From assembly GCA_965205865.1 (NCBI GenBank), contig CBDBHR010000023.1, positions 64,001 to 128,000 on the forward strand: DNA of 64,000 nucleotides, given 5' to 3'. Below the pieces are notes generated by a model, which saw only the letters and a program-made list of their open reading frames with translations, searched no databases and was not told the DNA's origin. How positions within the stretch are numbered: the first letter of the stretch is position 1; each line of letters starts with the position of its first letter. A program made the position numbers and the translations under genes. Of this stretch, positions 32,124 to 41,815 are shown one piece after another. The stretch comes from a bacterium. GTDB taxonomy: Bacteria > SAR324 > NAC60-12.

Positions 32124-33986
32124 ATGAAAAAAAATACTCCCCTTGCCGGAAAATTGCCTCACCTTCCTGATCTTCCCGGAGTGTATCGGTATCTGGATGA
32201 AAGAGGTGAGATCCTCTACATTGGCAAAGCCAAATCCCTCAAAAACCGTGTACGTTCTTATTTCCGACCTTCTGCGCAGCATAATCTTCGAATCAGCTTG
32301 ATGGTATCGCTGGTTCATGATGTCGATTCGACAGTCACCAATACGGAATCCGAAGCGCTGATTTTGGAAGCCCATGAGATCAAAAACCATCAACCCCGCT
32401 ACAATGTTGAACTCAAAGACGACAAATCCTACCCTTTTTTTAAACTGACTACGCATGAAATGTATCCCCGCTTGCTCTTGGTTCGAGAATCATTTGTCAA
32501 GCATGCGGAATATTATGGTCCTTATCCCTCGGTGCGAAATGCTCGACAGGTCCTGCGCTTGATCAATAAATATTTTTTGTTGCGTACGAGTCGTATGGAC
32601 CTGGATGGCACGAAAACCTTCCGACCCTGTCTCAATTTTCAACTCAAACGCTGCTTGGCACCCTGCCGTGGAACGATCTCCGTAAAACAATATGCTGAGG
32701 AAATGAGACAGGTCCGTTGGTTCCTGCAGGGCAAATACCGTCAATTGATTACTCTGCTTCAAACACGAATGCACGCGGCATCCGCAAATATGGATTTTGA
32801 AAAAGCCGCAAAACTTCGAGACCAGATTCAAGCAATTCAACGGACTTTTGACAGACAGCAGTTTCTCACTCCTGCAAATGAAAATCTGGATGTACTGGCA
32901 CTTTATCGCGAAGCGGATCTGGCAGGAGTCGAGGTCTTGTTCATACGCTATGGAAGATTGCTCTCCAGTGATTTTTTCTTTTTTGAAGAAGTTGAGAACG
33001 CATCAGACGACAACTTGCTCGGACAAGTCCTCAATCGCATATATATGGGGGATCGTTCTGTTATTCCACACAAGATCTTGCTACCTTTTCCCTATTCCGA
33101 CCAAAATGTGCTGGCCCAGGCATTGAGTGAGAAAATTCAGAGAAAAGTTCCCATCTCAATCCCTCAAAGAGGCAACAAAAAACATGCGCTCCTGTTGGCT
33201 TGGCGCAACGCAAAAGTTCACTTGCTCGAAAAGAAACAGCAACAGGTCGACCATGAAGCCCTTTTGCTGAAAATGCGGCAGCTGTTACACTTGAAAAAAT
33301 CTCCTCGAACCATTGAAGCTTTTGATATCTCCAATATTTCCGGAACACATACCGTAGCATCGATGGTATCCTGGAAAGATAACAAACCCGATAAGGAGAA
33401 TTATCGCAAATTCAAAATAAAAAACGTTGCAGGAGCGGATGATTTTATGAGCATGAAAGAGGTTTTAACCAGACGTTACCAACGAAGCGTCTCCGGCGAA
33501 AAACCTCTGCCGGATCTTATATTGATCGATGGAGGCAAAGGGCAACTGAGCATGGCATTGCTTGTTTTGAGCAAACTGGGAATTGATTTACAGCAAGTCG
33601 ATGTGATTGGTTTGGCAAAAGGACGTACGGAAAAAAGAAAAGGTCTGCCTCGTCCACGAGAAGAAGATTTTGAATACGTAGTAAAACCCTATCGGAAAAA
33701 CGAAATTCGGCTCAATCGCTATTCAGGGGTCCTGCATCTACTACAGAAAATCCGTGATGAATCCCACCGCTTCGCTATCACATATCACCGCAACCTACGC
33801 CGTAAAGCAACTCTGCATTCAGTGCTGGATGAGATCGAAGGCGTTGGTCTGACCCGAAAAAAAACGCTTCTGAAACACATCGGAAGTTTGAACAAAATCA
33901 AGGATGCGTCCGTGGAAACCTTAGAAGAAGTTCCAGGCATTTCACAACCCCTGGCTCGCACGATCTACCATTTCTTTCATCAATAG
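32124..33986 (+). CDS. uvrC: Excinuclease ABC subunit C
   Basis: PGVY..YIGKAKSL.NRV, UVR domain, FDISN, DGGKGQ, RDESHRFA and HhH motifs. Confidence 0.97.
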   Translation: MKKNTPLAGKLPHLPDLPGVYRYLDERGEILYIGKAKSLKNRVRSYFRPSAQHNLRISLMVSLVHDVDSTVTNTESEALILEAHEIKNHQPRYNVELKDDKSYPFFKLTTHEMYPRLLLVRESFVKHAEYYGPYPSVRNARQVLRLINKYFLLRTSRMDLDGTKTFRPCLNFQLKRCLAPCRGTISVKQYAEEMRQVRWFLQGKYRQLITLLQTRMHAASANMDFEKAAKLRDQIQAIQRTFDRQQFLTPANENLDVLALYREADLAGVEVLFIRYGRLLSSDFFFFEEVENASDDNLLGQVLNRIYMGDRSVIPHKILLPFPYSDQNVLAQALSEKIQRKVPISIPQRGNKKHALLLAWRNAKVHLLEKKQQQVDHEALLLKMRQLLHLKKSPRTIEAFDISNISGTHTVASMVSWKDNKPDKENYRKFKIKNVAGADDFMSMKEVLTRRYQRSVSGEKPLPDLILIDGGKGQLSMALLVLSKLGIDLQQVDVIGLAKGRTEKRKGLPRPREEDFEYVVKPYRKNEIRLNRYSGVLHLLQKIRDESHRFAITYHRNLRRKATLHSVLDEIEGVGLTRKKTLLKHIGSLNKIKDASVETLEEVPGISQPLARTIYHFFHQ

Positions 33987-34804
33987 CCGCTCCTACTCCA
34001 TTTTTTAGAATCAGTTGCGGGATTAGCGCGAGATTCAAGCAAGGCATGGGATTTTGGGATTTTTCCCAGGTGGTACTGAAAATATGCTACAAACGCCGCG
34101 TCCAACTCTTTTGCATTTTGAGCAGTTGGTCGAATATTTACATGAATGAGGGCATGCTGTTCTAAATGTCGCAAAAAAGTAAGCGTTCCCGGAGACAAAG
34201 GTACGCAAACGGAAAGACGAAGCGTACATTCGGGACAACGAAATCCTCCTTGCGCGCAATCCAACTGGTGAACAGCCTTTTTCCTCAACTGCGGAAGCGC
34301 TCCCGAAGAAAACTCCCACAATTGAACATTGCACTGGATACAGACGTCCGGATTCGGCCAAATTCCCAGCAGCTCGAGAAGGCTCTTTTCAAACTCGACT
34401 TTGATTTTTGTAAAAATTTGTAAAGGTTGCAAACTTTCCAATCCGGAAAGCAACAAATCAAAAAAATGGGGCGCTTCTTGCGAATCGATCGCGCAAAGGT
34501 GAATCCATTCGGTAAAATAGGTGGCATGGAGAATTTTTTCGTAGCTGAGTCGTATCGGATAGAAGCTATTCAAAAGGCCCAGTTTTCGGATCCGCACCAA
34601 TTCTGCATGAGGTTTCTCTACATATTGCACGTTTACATGGGTAAAGGGTTCTGAGAGACCGACATGAGGAGAGTTAATTTTTTTCGCTCCTCTGAGGACG
34701 CCCGTTATTTTGCCCTGATCCTTGGTCAGCAAGGTAATAATCTTATCGCTTTCATGAAAATCGATTTGCTTGATGATCAGCCCTTCCGAGGATTGTGGTT
34801 TCAT
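33980..34804 (-). CDS. recO: DNA repair protein RecO
   Basis: ESDKIITLLT...GKI...RGA OB fold and Zn-finger cysteines (CIQC, CPEC). Confidence 0.9.
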   Translation of the reverse strand: MKPQSSEGLIIKQIDFHESDKIITLLTKDQGKITGVLRGAKKINSPHVGLSEPFTHVNVQYVEKPHAELVRIRKLGLLNSFYPIRLSYEKILHATYFTEWIHLCAIDSQEAPHFFDLLLSGLESLQPLQIFTKIKVEFEKSLLELLGIWPNPDVCIQCNVQLWEFSSGALPQLRKKAVHQLDCAQGGFRCPECTLRLSVCVPLSPGTLTFLRHLEQHALIHVNIRPTAQNAKELDAAFVAYFQYHLGKIPKSHALLESRANPATDSKKWSRSGY

Positions 34805-34827
34805 TTTGGAGTGAGCAAATTGAGTTT

Positions 34828-35438
34828 TCAGGCACTTCCTTCGTTGAAAATTTCGCGCCCTATCAGCATCCGACGGATCTCATTCGTTCCTGCACCTATA
34901 TCATAGAGCTTGGCGTCGCGCAGTAAACGACCGGTCGGATACTCATTGACGTACCCGTTTCCACCAAGACTCCGGATTGCTTCCAAGGAGACTTTCACCG
35001 AATTTTCTGATGCAAAAAGAAGGCAGGCTGCCGTGTCTCGTCGAGAGACCTGGTTCAGGTCACAATTGTTGGCCACTCGGTACACAAACGCGCGGGATGC
35101 CTGCAAAGCGGTATACATATCTGCTATTTTTCCTTGCATCAATTCAAAGGTTCCGATGGGTTGGTTGAATTGGGTGCGTTCATGAAGATAAGGAAGGGTG
35201 ATATCCATGGCGGCTTGCATGATGCCAAGCGCTCCTCCTGCCAGCACGACTCGTTCCAAATTCAAGCCCCGCATCAGCACGCGCGTACCGCGATTTGTCT
35301 CCCCAATTCGATTCTTTTCCGGAATTCGTTTTTTTGATCGATCTCATCTGCAATCGGCGCAATTTCAGTTGCGGCAAACTTACGGGTGGATTCGAGTAGC
35401 AGATCAATCTCTTTATTCAATTGCGTATCCCAGTTCAT
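34828..35438 (-). pseudogene. Isovaleryl-CoA dehydrogenase-like gene with a large internal deletion
   Basis: The N-terminus MNWDTQ..FAATEIAPIADEIDQKNEF is joined out of frame to the C-terminus RIPEKNRIG..GLNLER..LRDAKLYDIGAGTNEIRR. Confidence 0.85.
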
Positions 35439-35440
35439 CG

Positions 35441-36166
35441 TCACTCATTGTTCGAGTTTTTTTTCTCCTCTTGCTCTTCCATTCTTACCTTTAAAAGAGC
35501 GGATGATAACAATCCGGCCGGCACGGCAACGATTCCTAAACCAATCATGAGAATCACAAAGGTGAATATTCGTCCCCCAAGCGTAATTGGGTACATATCG
35601 CCATATCCCACCGTACTCAATGTGGCAACCGCCCACCAAAGGCTATGAAAAACGCTATTAAATACTTCAGGCTGAGCTTCACTTTCAAAATAATAAATTC
35701 CCACTGCAGATATATACAAAAGCATGGCCGTGACCACGCTAAATAAGATGATTTCTTCTCTTGCAATGACAAATGCCCTGGAAAATCTGTGTATTGCCCT
35801 ATTGTATCGAAGTATCTTCAGCAATTGAAAAATTCGCAACATTCGAAATATTCTCAACGATCTCAAATCAATTCCGGATGCGAGATAAAAAGGAACGACG
35901 GCGATTAAATCAATTATTCCGTAAAAGCTCAGCACGTAGTGAATTTTCCTGTCCGCAACGTACAACCTGAGTATATATTCGATGGTGAATATGATGACTA
36001 TCACTATTTCTATGATTCGGAGCACTTCCCGTGTCTTGCTTGAAAGGTCTGGCAGGGTTTCTATGGAAAAGGTGACAATCGACAAAAGTATCAGTGCTTG
36101 TATAAACCAATCGAACGTTTGGCCTGCTCTCGTATCATTTCTCTCAACTATCGTCTTTATGTCCAT
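35441..36166 (-). CDS. Voltage-gated potassium channel family ion transporter
   Basis: S4 motif LRSLRIFRMLRIF and pore WWAVATLSTVGYGD. Confidence 0.93.
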   Translation of the reverse strand: MDIKTIVERNDTRAGQTFDWFIQALILLSIVTFSIETLPDLSSKTREVLRIIEIVIVIIFTIEYILRLYVADRKIHYVLSFYGIIDLIAVVPFYLASGIDLRSLRIFRMLRIFQLLKILRYNRAIHRFSRAFVIAREEIILFSVVTAMLLYISAVGIYYFESEAQPEVFNSVFHSLWWAVATLSTVGYGDMYPITLGGRIFTFVILMIGLGIVAVPAGLLSSALLKVRMEEQEEKKNSNNE

Positions 36167-36294
36167 CGATGGGTTTTACGCATTAAAGGGCAGAACTGAC
36201 ACAGAGCGTCCTGCAAAAGATCCGCACGGTGGTGATAATTGTAACCCCTGATTGCACCGGTTCAATAGCTTTTTACCCATTCAGAGATTTCTCA

Positions 36295-36486
36295 TTCCGA
36301 ACGAATGTGAGGAATCCTGAAGATCTCTTCCTGCGGTCTATCCCAGCTATAGCAGCCGCTATTCCCGAAGAGATGCGCTTCATTTCAAACAGTTTCACAG
36401 CCACCGCCATTCACGCTTCCTGCTCAAACTGCGAACGAGTGGCTTGCAAAATATCAGGCAAATTTGCTGGATATTCAATCGTCATT
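36295..36486 (-). pseudogene. UPF0175-like antitoxin remnant
   Basis: MTIEYPANLPDILQATRSQFEQEA*MAVAVKLFEMKRISSGIAAAIAGIDR, with an in-frame TGA. Confidence 0.55.
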
Positions 36487-36667
36487 TTTGATTCCATCTT
36501 TCCTCTGAGGATGAGTCATTCCACCGAATAAAATTGTAGCAAAGATTTGACAGAGAGACAAGTAGCTCAACGAACTACAACTGCAAAGAGCTTGTTTAAC
36601 AGTGAAAGTATTCCTCCAGTCTGCAAACAATTTTGCTGGTGACCCCTCATTACATTCCCCGTCTTGA

Positions 36668-37296
36668 AAAAAAATTGATCGCGCATAAAAAAATGTTTGC
36701 ATTTTATAATTTTTTTCTATAATCTGTCTCAAAAAGATTATGATAAAAAATATATCGGTTGAAATTGACCGGTTAAAACTATGTCAATATCCATATAAAT
36801 CAATTATTTCTATGATTTATAAGATTATGTTGCTCGAACCGATAATCGGCATCAGATAAAATAAAATTTAATTATTATTTGATTCTTTGAAAATGATTAT
36901 TTATAATAATTGCAGATACAAACAAAAGAAACCTCTCCCCCATGAAGCGAACGACAGCGAAACATTGGCAGCTTCGCTTGGGACTATCGCACCTGAAGAA
37001 GAAATCATCAGGAGCTGAGCTATCAATTTTTGCTAATTTTAAAAAAATTGATCGCGCATAAAAAAAAGTTTGCATTTTACAATTTTTTTCTATAATCTGT
37101 CTCAAAAAGATTATGATAAAAAATATATCGGTTGAAATTGACCGGTTAAAACTATGTCAATATCCATATAAATCAATTATTTCTATGATTTATAAGATTA
37201 TGTTGCTCGAACCGATAATCGGCATCAGATAAAATAAAATTTAATTATTATTTGATTCTTTGAAAATGATTATCTATAATAATTGCAGATACAAAC
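36668..37296 (+). repeat. 256-bp AT-rich direct repeat, two copies (36668-36923, 37041-37296), upstream of blaI
   Basis: Period 373 bp with about 3 substitutions seen. Each copy has TTGCAT..TATAAT and the palindrome ATAAATCA..TGATTTAT. Confidence 0.92.
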
Positions 37297-37322
37297 CAAA
37301 ATAAGAAAAGATAAGGAGATGA

Positions 37323-37691
37323 ATGGCAGAAAAGATCAGCAATGCGGAACGGGTCGTGATGGAGGTTTTATGGGAAAAATCACCGTTATCGGCCCAAGAG
37401 GTGGTTGAAGCCGTTGCCCTGCAAAAGGACATGCATGAGAAGACCGTGAAGACGCTGTTGAACCACTTGTTAAAGAAAAAGATTTTGGGGTTCGATAAGG
37501 AAAAGAGAAAATATCTGTATTATCCCCTGCTCAGCCGAAAAGCGTACGTGCAATTTGAAAATAAAAAATTTTTAGAGAATTGGTTTGGTGACAAAGTCTC
37601 GCATCAATTGCTGGTCAGTTTTGCTGCTAAAGAATTATTGAGCAAGCAAGAAATCGAGGAATTGAAAAAACTATTAGATGAAATGGATTGA
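37323..37691 (+). CDS. BlaI/MecI/CopY-family repressor
   Basis: ISNAERVVMEVLW, TVKTLL.HL.KK, YLYYPL and LS.QEIEELKKLL; AAGGAG RBS. Confidence 0.93.
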   Translation: MAEKISNAERVVMEVLWEKSPLSAQEVVEAVALQKDMHEKTVKTLLNHLLKKKILGFDKEKRKYLYYPLLSRKAYVQFENKKFLENWFGDKVSHQLLVSFAAKELLSKQEIEELKKLLDEMD

Positions 37692-37710
37692 TCCATTGAG
37701 GAGGTGTTGA

Positions 37711-40533
37711 ATGGCAACTCTATTGTACGGATTAGTGGAGGCCACCCTGTGGTCCAGTCTCTTAATCGTTTTCGTGTTCTTGATTCGCAAACCGGTGGTT
37801 CGTTATTTCGGAGCAAAATGGGGTTACGCGCTTTGGTTGCTCCCCGCGCTTAAAATGATGATCATCGTTACCCCCCAAACCCAACTCAGTCTCCTTCCTT
37901 CCTGGCAAACCATCCTTTATAACTTCAAGATGCAGCAAGGGGTGTATGCCCTGCTGCAAAACAAAAAGCCTCTCACGGCTTCCGAAGCATTATTCCAACA
38001 GATCAAAGCAGAGAATACGGCTCGCATAGAAGCCATGAAAACTGCCGTGATGCAGGAGGAGAGATCATCTTTCCCTGCGAATCGCATCAGTGAGCAAAGC
38101 CTCCTTGCCTCAGGTTCCCCATCATCCGACCCGGTTGGCGGGTGGCCTGTTTTTTCCAAAATAGACGGCATGACGATACTCTTCTTCGCGTGGCTTGGCG
38201 GTTTCATGGTGATGGGGCTGATCACCGTAGGCGGGCATGCGCGTTTGCAGAAGCAACTGCAGCGAGAAAAGCGCAAACCTTCCCCGGAAATGAGATGGCT
38301 GATCGAAAAACTGGCTCGCAAAATGGGCTTGAAGTTCCGGGGAGAGGTGCTCGTCTCTGCCCGCATTCAGGCACCGGCGGTGACTGGATGGCTGCATCCC
38401 AAATTGGTGCTGCCCCTCCGGTTTGCCGAATTCTATTCTAAACAAGAAATGGAATTCATGCTCAGCCATGAACTGGTCCATCTGCAACGCAGAGATTATC
38501 TCTTTATCACCTGGGCGTTGTTGCTCAAGTGTATTTATTGGTTCAACCCGTTGGTCTATCTGGCCTATCCCCTCTTCCGCTTGGATCAGGAACTGGCCTG
38601 CGATCAATTGGTTATAACCTCCGTTGCCCCCCAGGAACGGAAATCGTATGGATTGACCATACTCAAAACGTTATCCCAGCCGGAAATGATGTTTGAAAAT
38701 TTCCAGGCGGGGTGCTTTTGGTTTACTTTTTCTCAAATGAAAGAAAGGATTGCTATGATAAATCATCATCGAAACTCAAAAGGGCGTTCCATGCTGGCCC
38801 TCATCAGCATGATTGTACTTGGTTTCACGGCCTTGACCTTTGCCGCCTCCGACATGGTCAAAGACCCCACGACCGGTAAAATGGTCACTGCACCTGAATA
38901 TGGCGGGACAATAACCTATGCCTCAAGAGGCGAGCCGGCGGGTCCTGACGCCTTGGTCTCTGGTCCAAAGGTATTATCGTACGTCTCTGTCGTCAACGAG
39001 AAGCTAGCCATCGGGGACTGGGCAACGCCCAGGGACGAATGGGACTTTACAACCTCATACGTACCATTTTCTGTCCTTAAAGGACAGCTAGCTGAAAGCT
39101 GGGCAACGCCCGACACACTAACTATCGTCGTCCACATCCGCCAGGGCGTTCACTGGCATGATAAGCCGCCGATGAACGGTCGGGAGCTGACTGCCCAGGA
39201 TATCGAGTACAACTATCACCGTTTGTTGGGTATGGGTAGCGGTTTCACCGAACGTAGCGAATGGGCTGCTCAACGCTTCACCGGTGTGCAATTTGAATCG
39301 ATAGAAGCCACCGACAAATGGACGGTTGTTTTTAAGCTGAGGGAGCTAAGCGTCGGTGCGCTGGGGAATATCCTCGACGGCCTGAACACCTGGATATACC
39401 CCCCCGAGGTGATCAAGGAACACGGTGACGTTTCGGATTGGAGGAACCTGGTCGGCACCGGACCCATGATGCTGACTGACTGGGTCAAGGGAAGCAGCTG
39501 GACCTACACCAAGAATCCTGACTACTGGGGCTACGACGAAAAATACCCGGAGAACCGCTTGCCCTATATTGACCAGTTGAGGGCCCTGATTATGCCCGAA
39601 CCGGCAACATCTCTAGCGGCACTGCGCACGGGTAGGATTGATTACATGGGTCCGATCGGCCAAACTCAAATGAGGACTCTCGACCAGGTAGAGAGCCTCC
39701 AGCGGACCAACCCCGAACTCGTGATATTGCCGTTCGCCGAACGGTCGGATAATGGTTTGGGTATGAACGTTCAGTTGCCGATCTTTAGCGACATCAGGGT
39801 GCGCAAGGCAATGCAGATGGCAATAAACCTCGAGGAAATCAACAACGCCTACTTCAAGGGTTATGCAGATATAGTACCTCAGGGGCAGCTAAGCCGGTTT
39901 ATGACAGAGGTTGTCACCCCATTTGAAGAGTGGCCCGAAGATGTCAAGAAGGTCTTTACCTACGACCCGGAAGGTGCCGAAGCGTTGCTTGACGAGGCCG
40001 GATACAAGCGCGGCGCCGACGGCATTAGATTTAAGACCAAGTTGATGCACATCGAGCGGTACGATTTGAGCTATGTAGAATTAGTCGCTTCATACTGGAA
40101 TAAGATTGGCATTGATGTAGAGATTGGTGTAGAACCACTAGCTTCCTTTGTCGCTAGAAGAAATCAGAGGGATTTCGAAATGTCCAGTGCGGAAGCGGCC
40201 GGGCGTGGGGACCCATTGGGATGGCAATATCGCTATATGACGGCCGCAGGACACAACAGCTCCAATGTCAACGACCCGGTTTATGAAGCCATGTATGAAG
40301 CCGGCGCAGCCGCTACCACCCTCGAGGAGCAGAACAGGATAGCTGGAGAGCTGAATCAGTATGGGATAGAGAAGTTCTGGACGATATTTGGTCCTGTGGC
40401 CCCACAGTATCAGGCGATCCATCCGTGGATCAAAGGTTTTAACGGTGAATATCACTTGGGACGCGATCAACACAACACCCTCTTCACCCGCCTCTGGATT
40501 GATAGTGCGCTGAAGAAAGAAATGGGGCATTAG
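37711..40533 (+). CDS. BlaR1/M56 membrane metalloprotease fused to a family-5 ABC solute-binding domain
   Basis: YALWLL, P.VTGWLHPKLVLP, HELVH, WFNPLV, ELACD and KERI, then a TM helix, then a full SBP domain from about 38851 (DPTTGKMVTAPEYGG...RLWID). Confidence 0.9.
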   Translation: MATLLYGLVEATLWSSLLIVFVFLIRKPVVRYFGAKWGYALWLLPALKMMIIVTPQTQLSLLPSWQTILYNFKMQQGVYALLQNKKPLTASEALFQQIKAENTARIEAMKTAVMQEERSSFPANRISEQSLLASGSPSSDPVGGWPVFSKIDGMTILFFAWLGGFMVMGLITVGGHARLQKQLQREKRKPSPEMRWLIEKLARKMGLKFRGEVLVSARIQAPAVTGWLHPKLVLPLRFAEFYSKQEMEFMLSHELVHLQRRDYLFITWALLLKCIYWFNPLVYLAYPLFRLDQELACDQLVITSVAPQERKSYGLTILKTLSQPEMMFENFQAGCFWFTFSQMKERIAMINHHRNSKGRSMLALISMIVLGFTALTFAASDMVKDPTTGKMVTAPEYGGTITYASRGEPAGPDALVSGPKVLSYVSVVNEKLAIGDWATPRDEWDFTTSYVPFSVLKGQLAESWATPDTLTIVVHIRQGVHWHDKPPMNGRELTAQDIEYNYHRLLGMGSGFTERSEWAAQRFTGVQFESIEATDKWTVVFKLRELSVGALGNILDGLNTWIYPPEVIKEHGDVSDWRNLVGTGPMMLTDWVKGSSWTYTKNPDYWGYDEKYPENRLPYIDQLRALIMPEPATSLAALRTGRIDYMGPIGQTQMRTLDQVESLQRTNPELVILPFAERSDNGLGMNVQLPIFSDIRVRKAMQMAINLEEINNAYFKGYADIVPQGQLSRFMTEVVTPFEEWPEDVKKVFTYDPEGAEALLDEAGYKRGADGIRFKTKLMHIERYDLSYVELVASYWNKIGIDVEIGVEPLASFVARRNQRDFEMSSAEAAGRGDPLGWQYRYMTAAGHNSSNVNDPVYEAMYEAGAAATTLEEQNRIAGELNQYGIEKFWTIFGPVAPQYQAIHPWIKGFNGEYHLGRDQHNTLFTRLWIDSALKKEMGH

Positions 40534-40542
40534 AGGTTTCAG

Positions 40543-41502
40543 ATGAGAGCCTATCTCATCAGGCGGTTATTGCTGATCCTGCCCACCCTGTTTCTCTTGA
40601 GCATCCTGGTCTTTCTCTCGGTGCGCTTCATCCCTGGCGATGTGGTGGACGTAATGATAGGTAGGATGGAATACCAAACAACGGGGACGCTTGACCGTGC
40701 AGCCGTTGAGCGCCGGCTGGGATTAGATGTGCCTGTCCATGTGCAGTATGCGCGCTGGATAGGAGGCATTTTCCTGCACGGCAGCCTTGGCGAATCGCTG
40801 ATGGGCCATGGGGCGGTGGAGGAGAAGATCATAGATAGATTGCCGGTCACCCTTGAGCTTGGCCTCCTGGCCATCGTAATCGGGCTCTTGATCGCCCTAC
40901 CGGTCGGCATCTACTCGGCGATTCGCCAGGATACGCTCGCCGACTACCTGGGGCGCTCTCTGGCTGTCATCGGCTTGGCCACGCCGAACTTCTGGCTGGG
41001 AATTATGGTGATGATCTTCCCAGCCATCTGGTGGGGCTGGGCGCCGCCACTGGAACTGGTTGCTTTCACCGAGGATCCGCTGGGGAATCTGGCGGTGTTC
41101 CTCACTCCCAGTCTGATTCTGGGAACAGCTTCCTCTGCCGCCACCATGCGGATGATGCGCACCATGATGCTGGAGGTGCTAAGGCAGGACTATATCAGGA
41201 CCGCCTGGTCCAAGGGACTCAGGGAGCGGGTCGTGGTGATCCGGCACACCCTCAAAAATGCCCTCATCCCGGTTATCACCCTGATTGGTCTGCAGTTGCC
41301 GATCCTGGTCGGGGGCGCCGTGATCATGGAGAACATCTTCAACCTGCCGGGGATCGGTCGTCTCCTGGTGAATGCCCTCAATGAGCGAGACTACCCAATG
41401 GTCTCCGGAATCAACCTCTTTTTCGCCACCGGGGTGGTCCTACTCAATCTCCTCATCGACCTGATTTATCCCTATTTGGATACGAGGGTGCGGTATGAAT
41501 AA
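40543..41502 (+). CDS. Peptide ABC permease (DppB-like), intact
   Basis: RFIPGD, PNFWLG, QDYIRTAWSKGL and RDYPMV. Confidence 0.93.
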   Translation: MRAYLIRRLLLILPTLFLLSILVFLSVRFIPGDVVDVMIGRMEYQTTGTLDRAAVERRLGLDVPVHVQYARWIGGIFLHGSLGESLMGHGAVEEKIIDRLPVTLELGLLAIVIGLLIALPVGIYSAIRQDTLADYLGRSLAVIGLATPNFWLGIMVMIFPAIWWGWAPPLELVAFTEDPLGNLAVFLTPSLILGTASSAATMRMMRTMMLEVLRQDYIRTAWSKGLRERVVVIRHTLKNALIPVITLIGLQLPILVGGAVIMENIFNLPGIGRLLVNALNERDYPMVSGINLFFATGVVLLNLLIDLIYPYLDTRVRYE

Positions 41503-41815
41503 GGCCAGCGGGTGGTCCTTCCAAACACCCGCCATTTTTTGTAACATAATATTCTCCTGGATGAGGGACTGCTTCGAGGTTCCCCTGTCTTCTGCCTTCT
41601 GTGTCACGAAACCACGTCTCATCTTTGCTTTTGTGTGATTTTCAATGGAGGTAAGCGCCATGAGAAATGTTTCCTCCTCAAAGATTTTGCGTTCGCCCTC
41701 TTACGGCCTCTAAAAGTGTCCTTTTGGTCTTCAAAAAGAAGAGACAGAAATGACCGAGTGGCGAGGGATCCTGTGGAGGAGAGGAAACCAGCAGAGGAGA
41801 AGGAACGAGGGGAAT

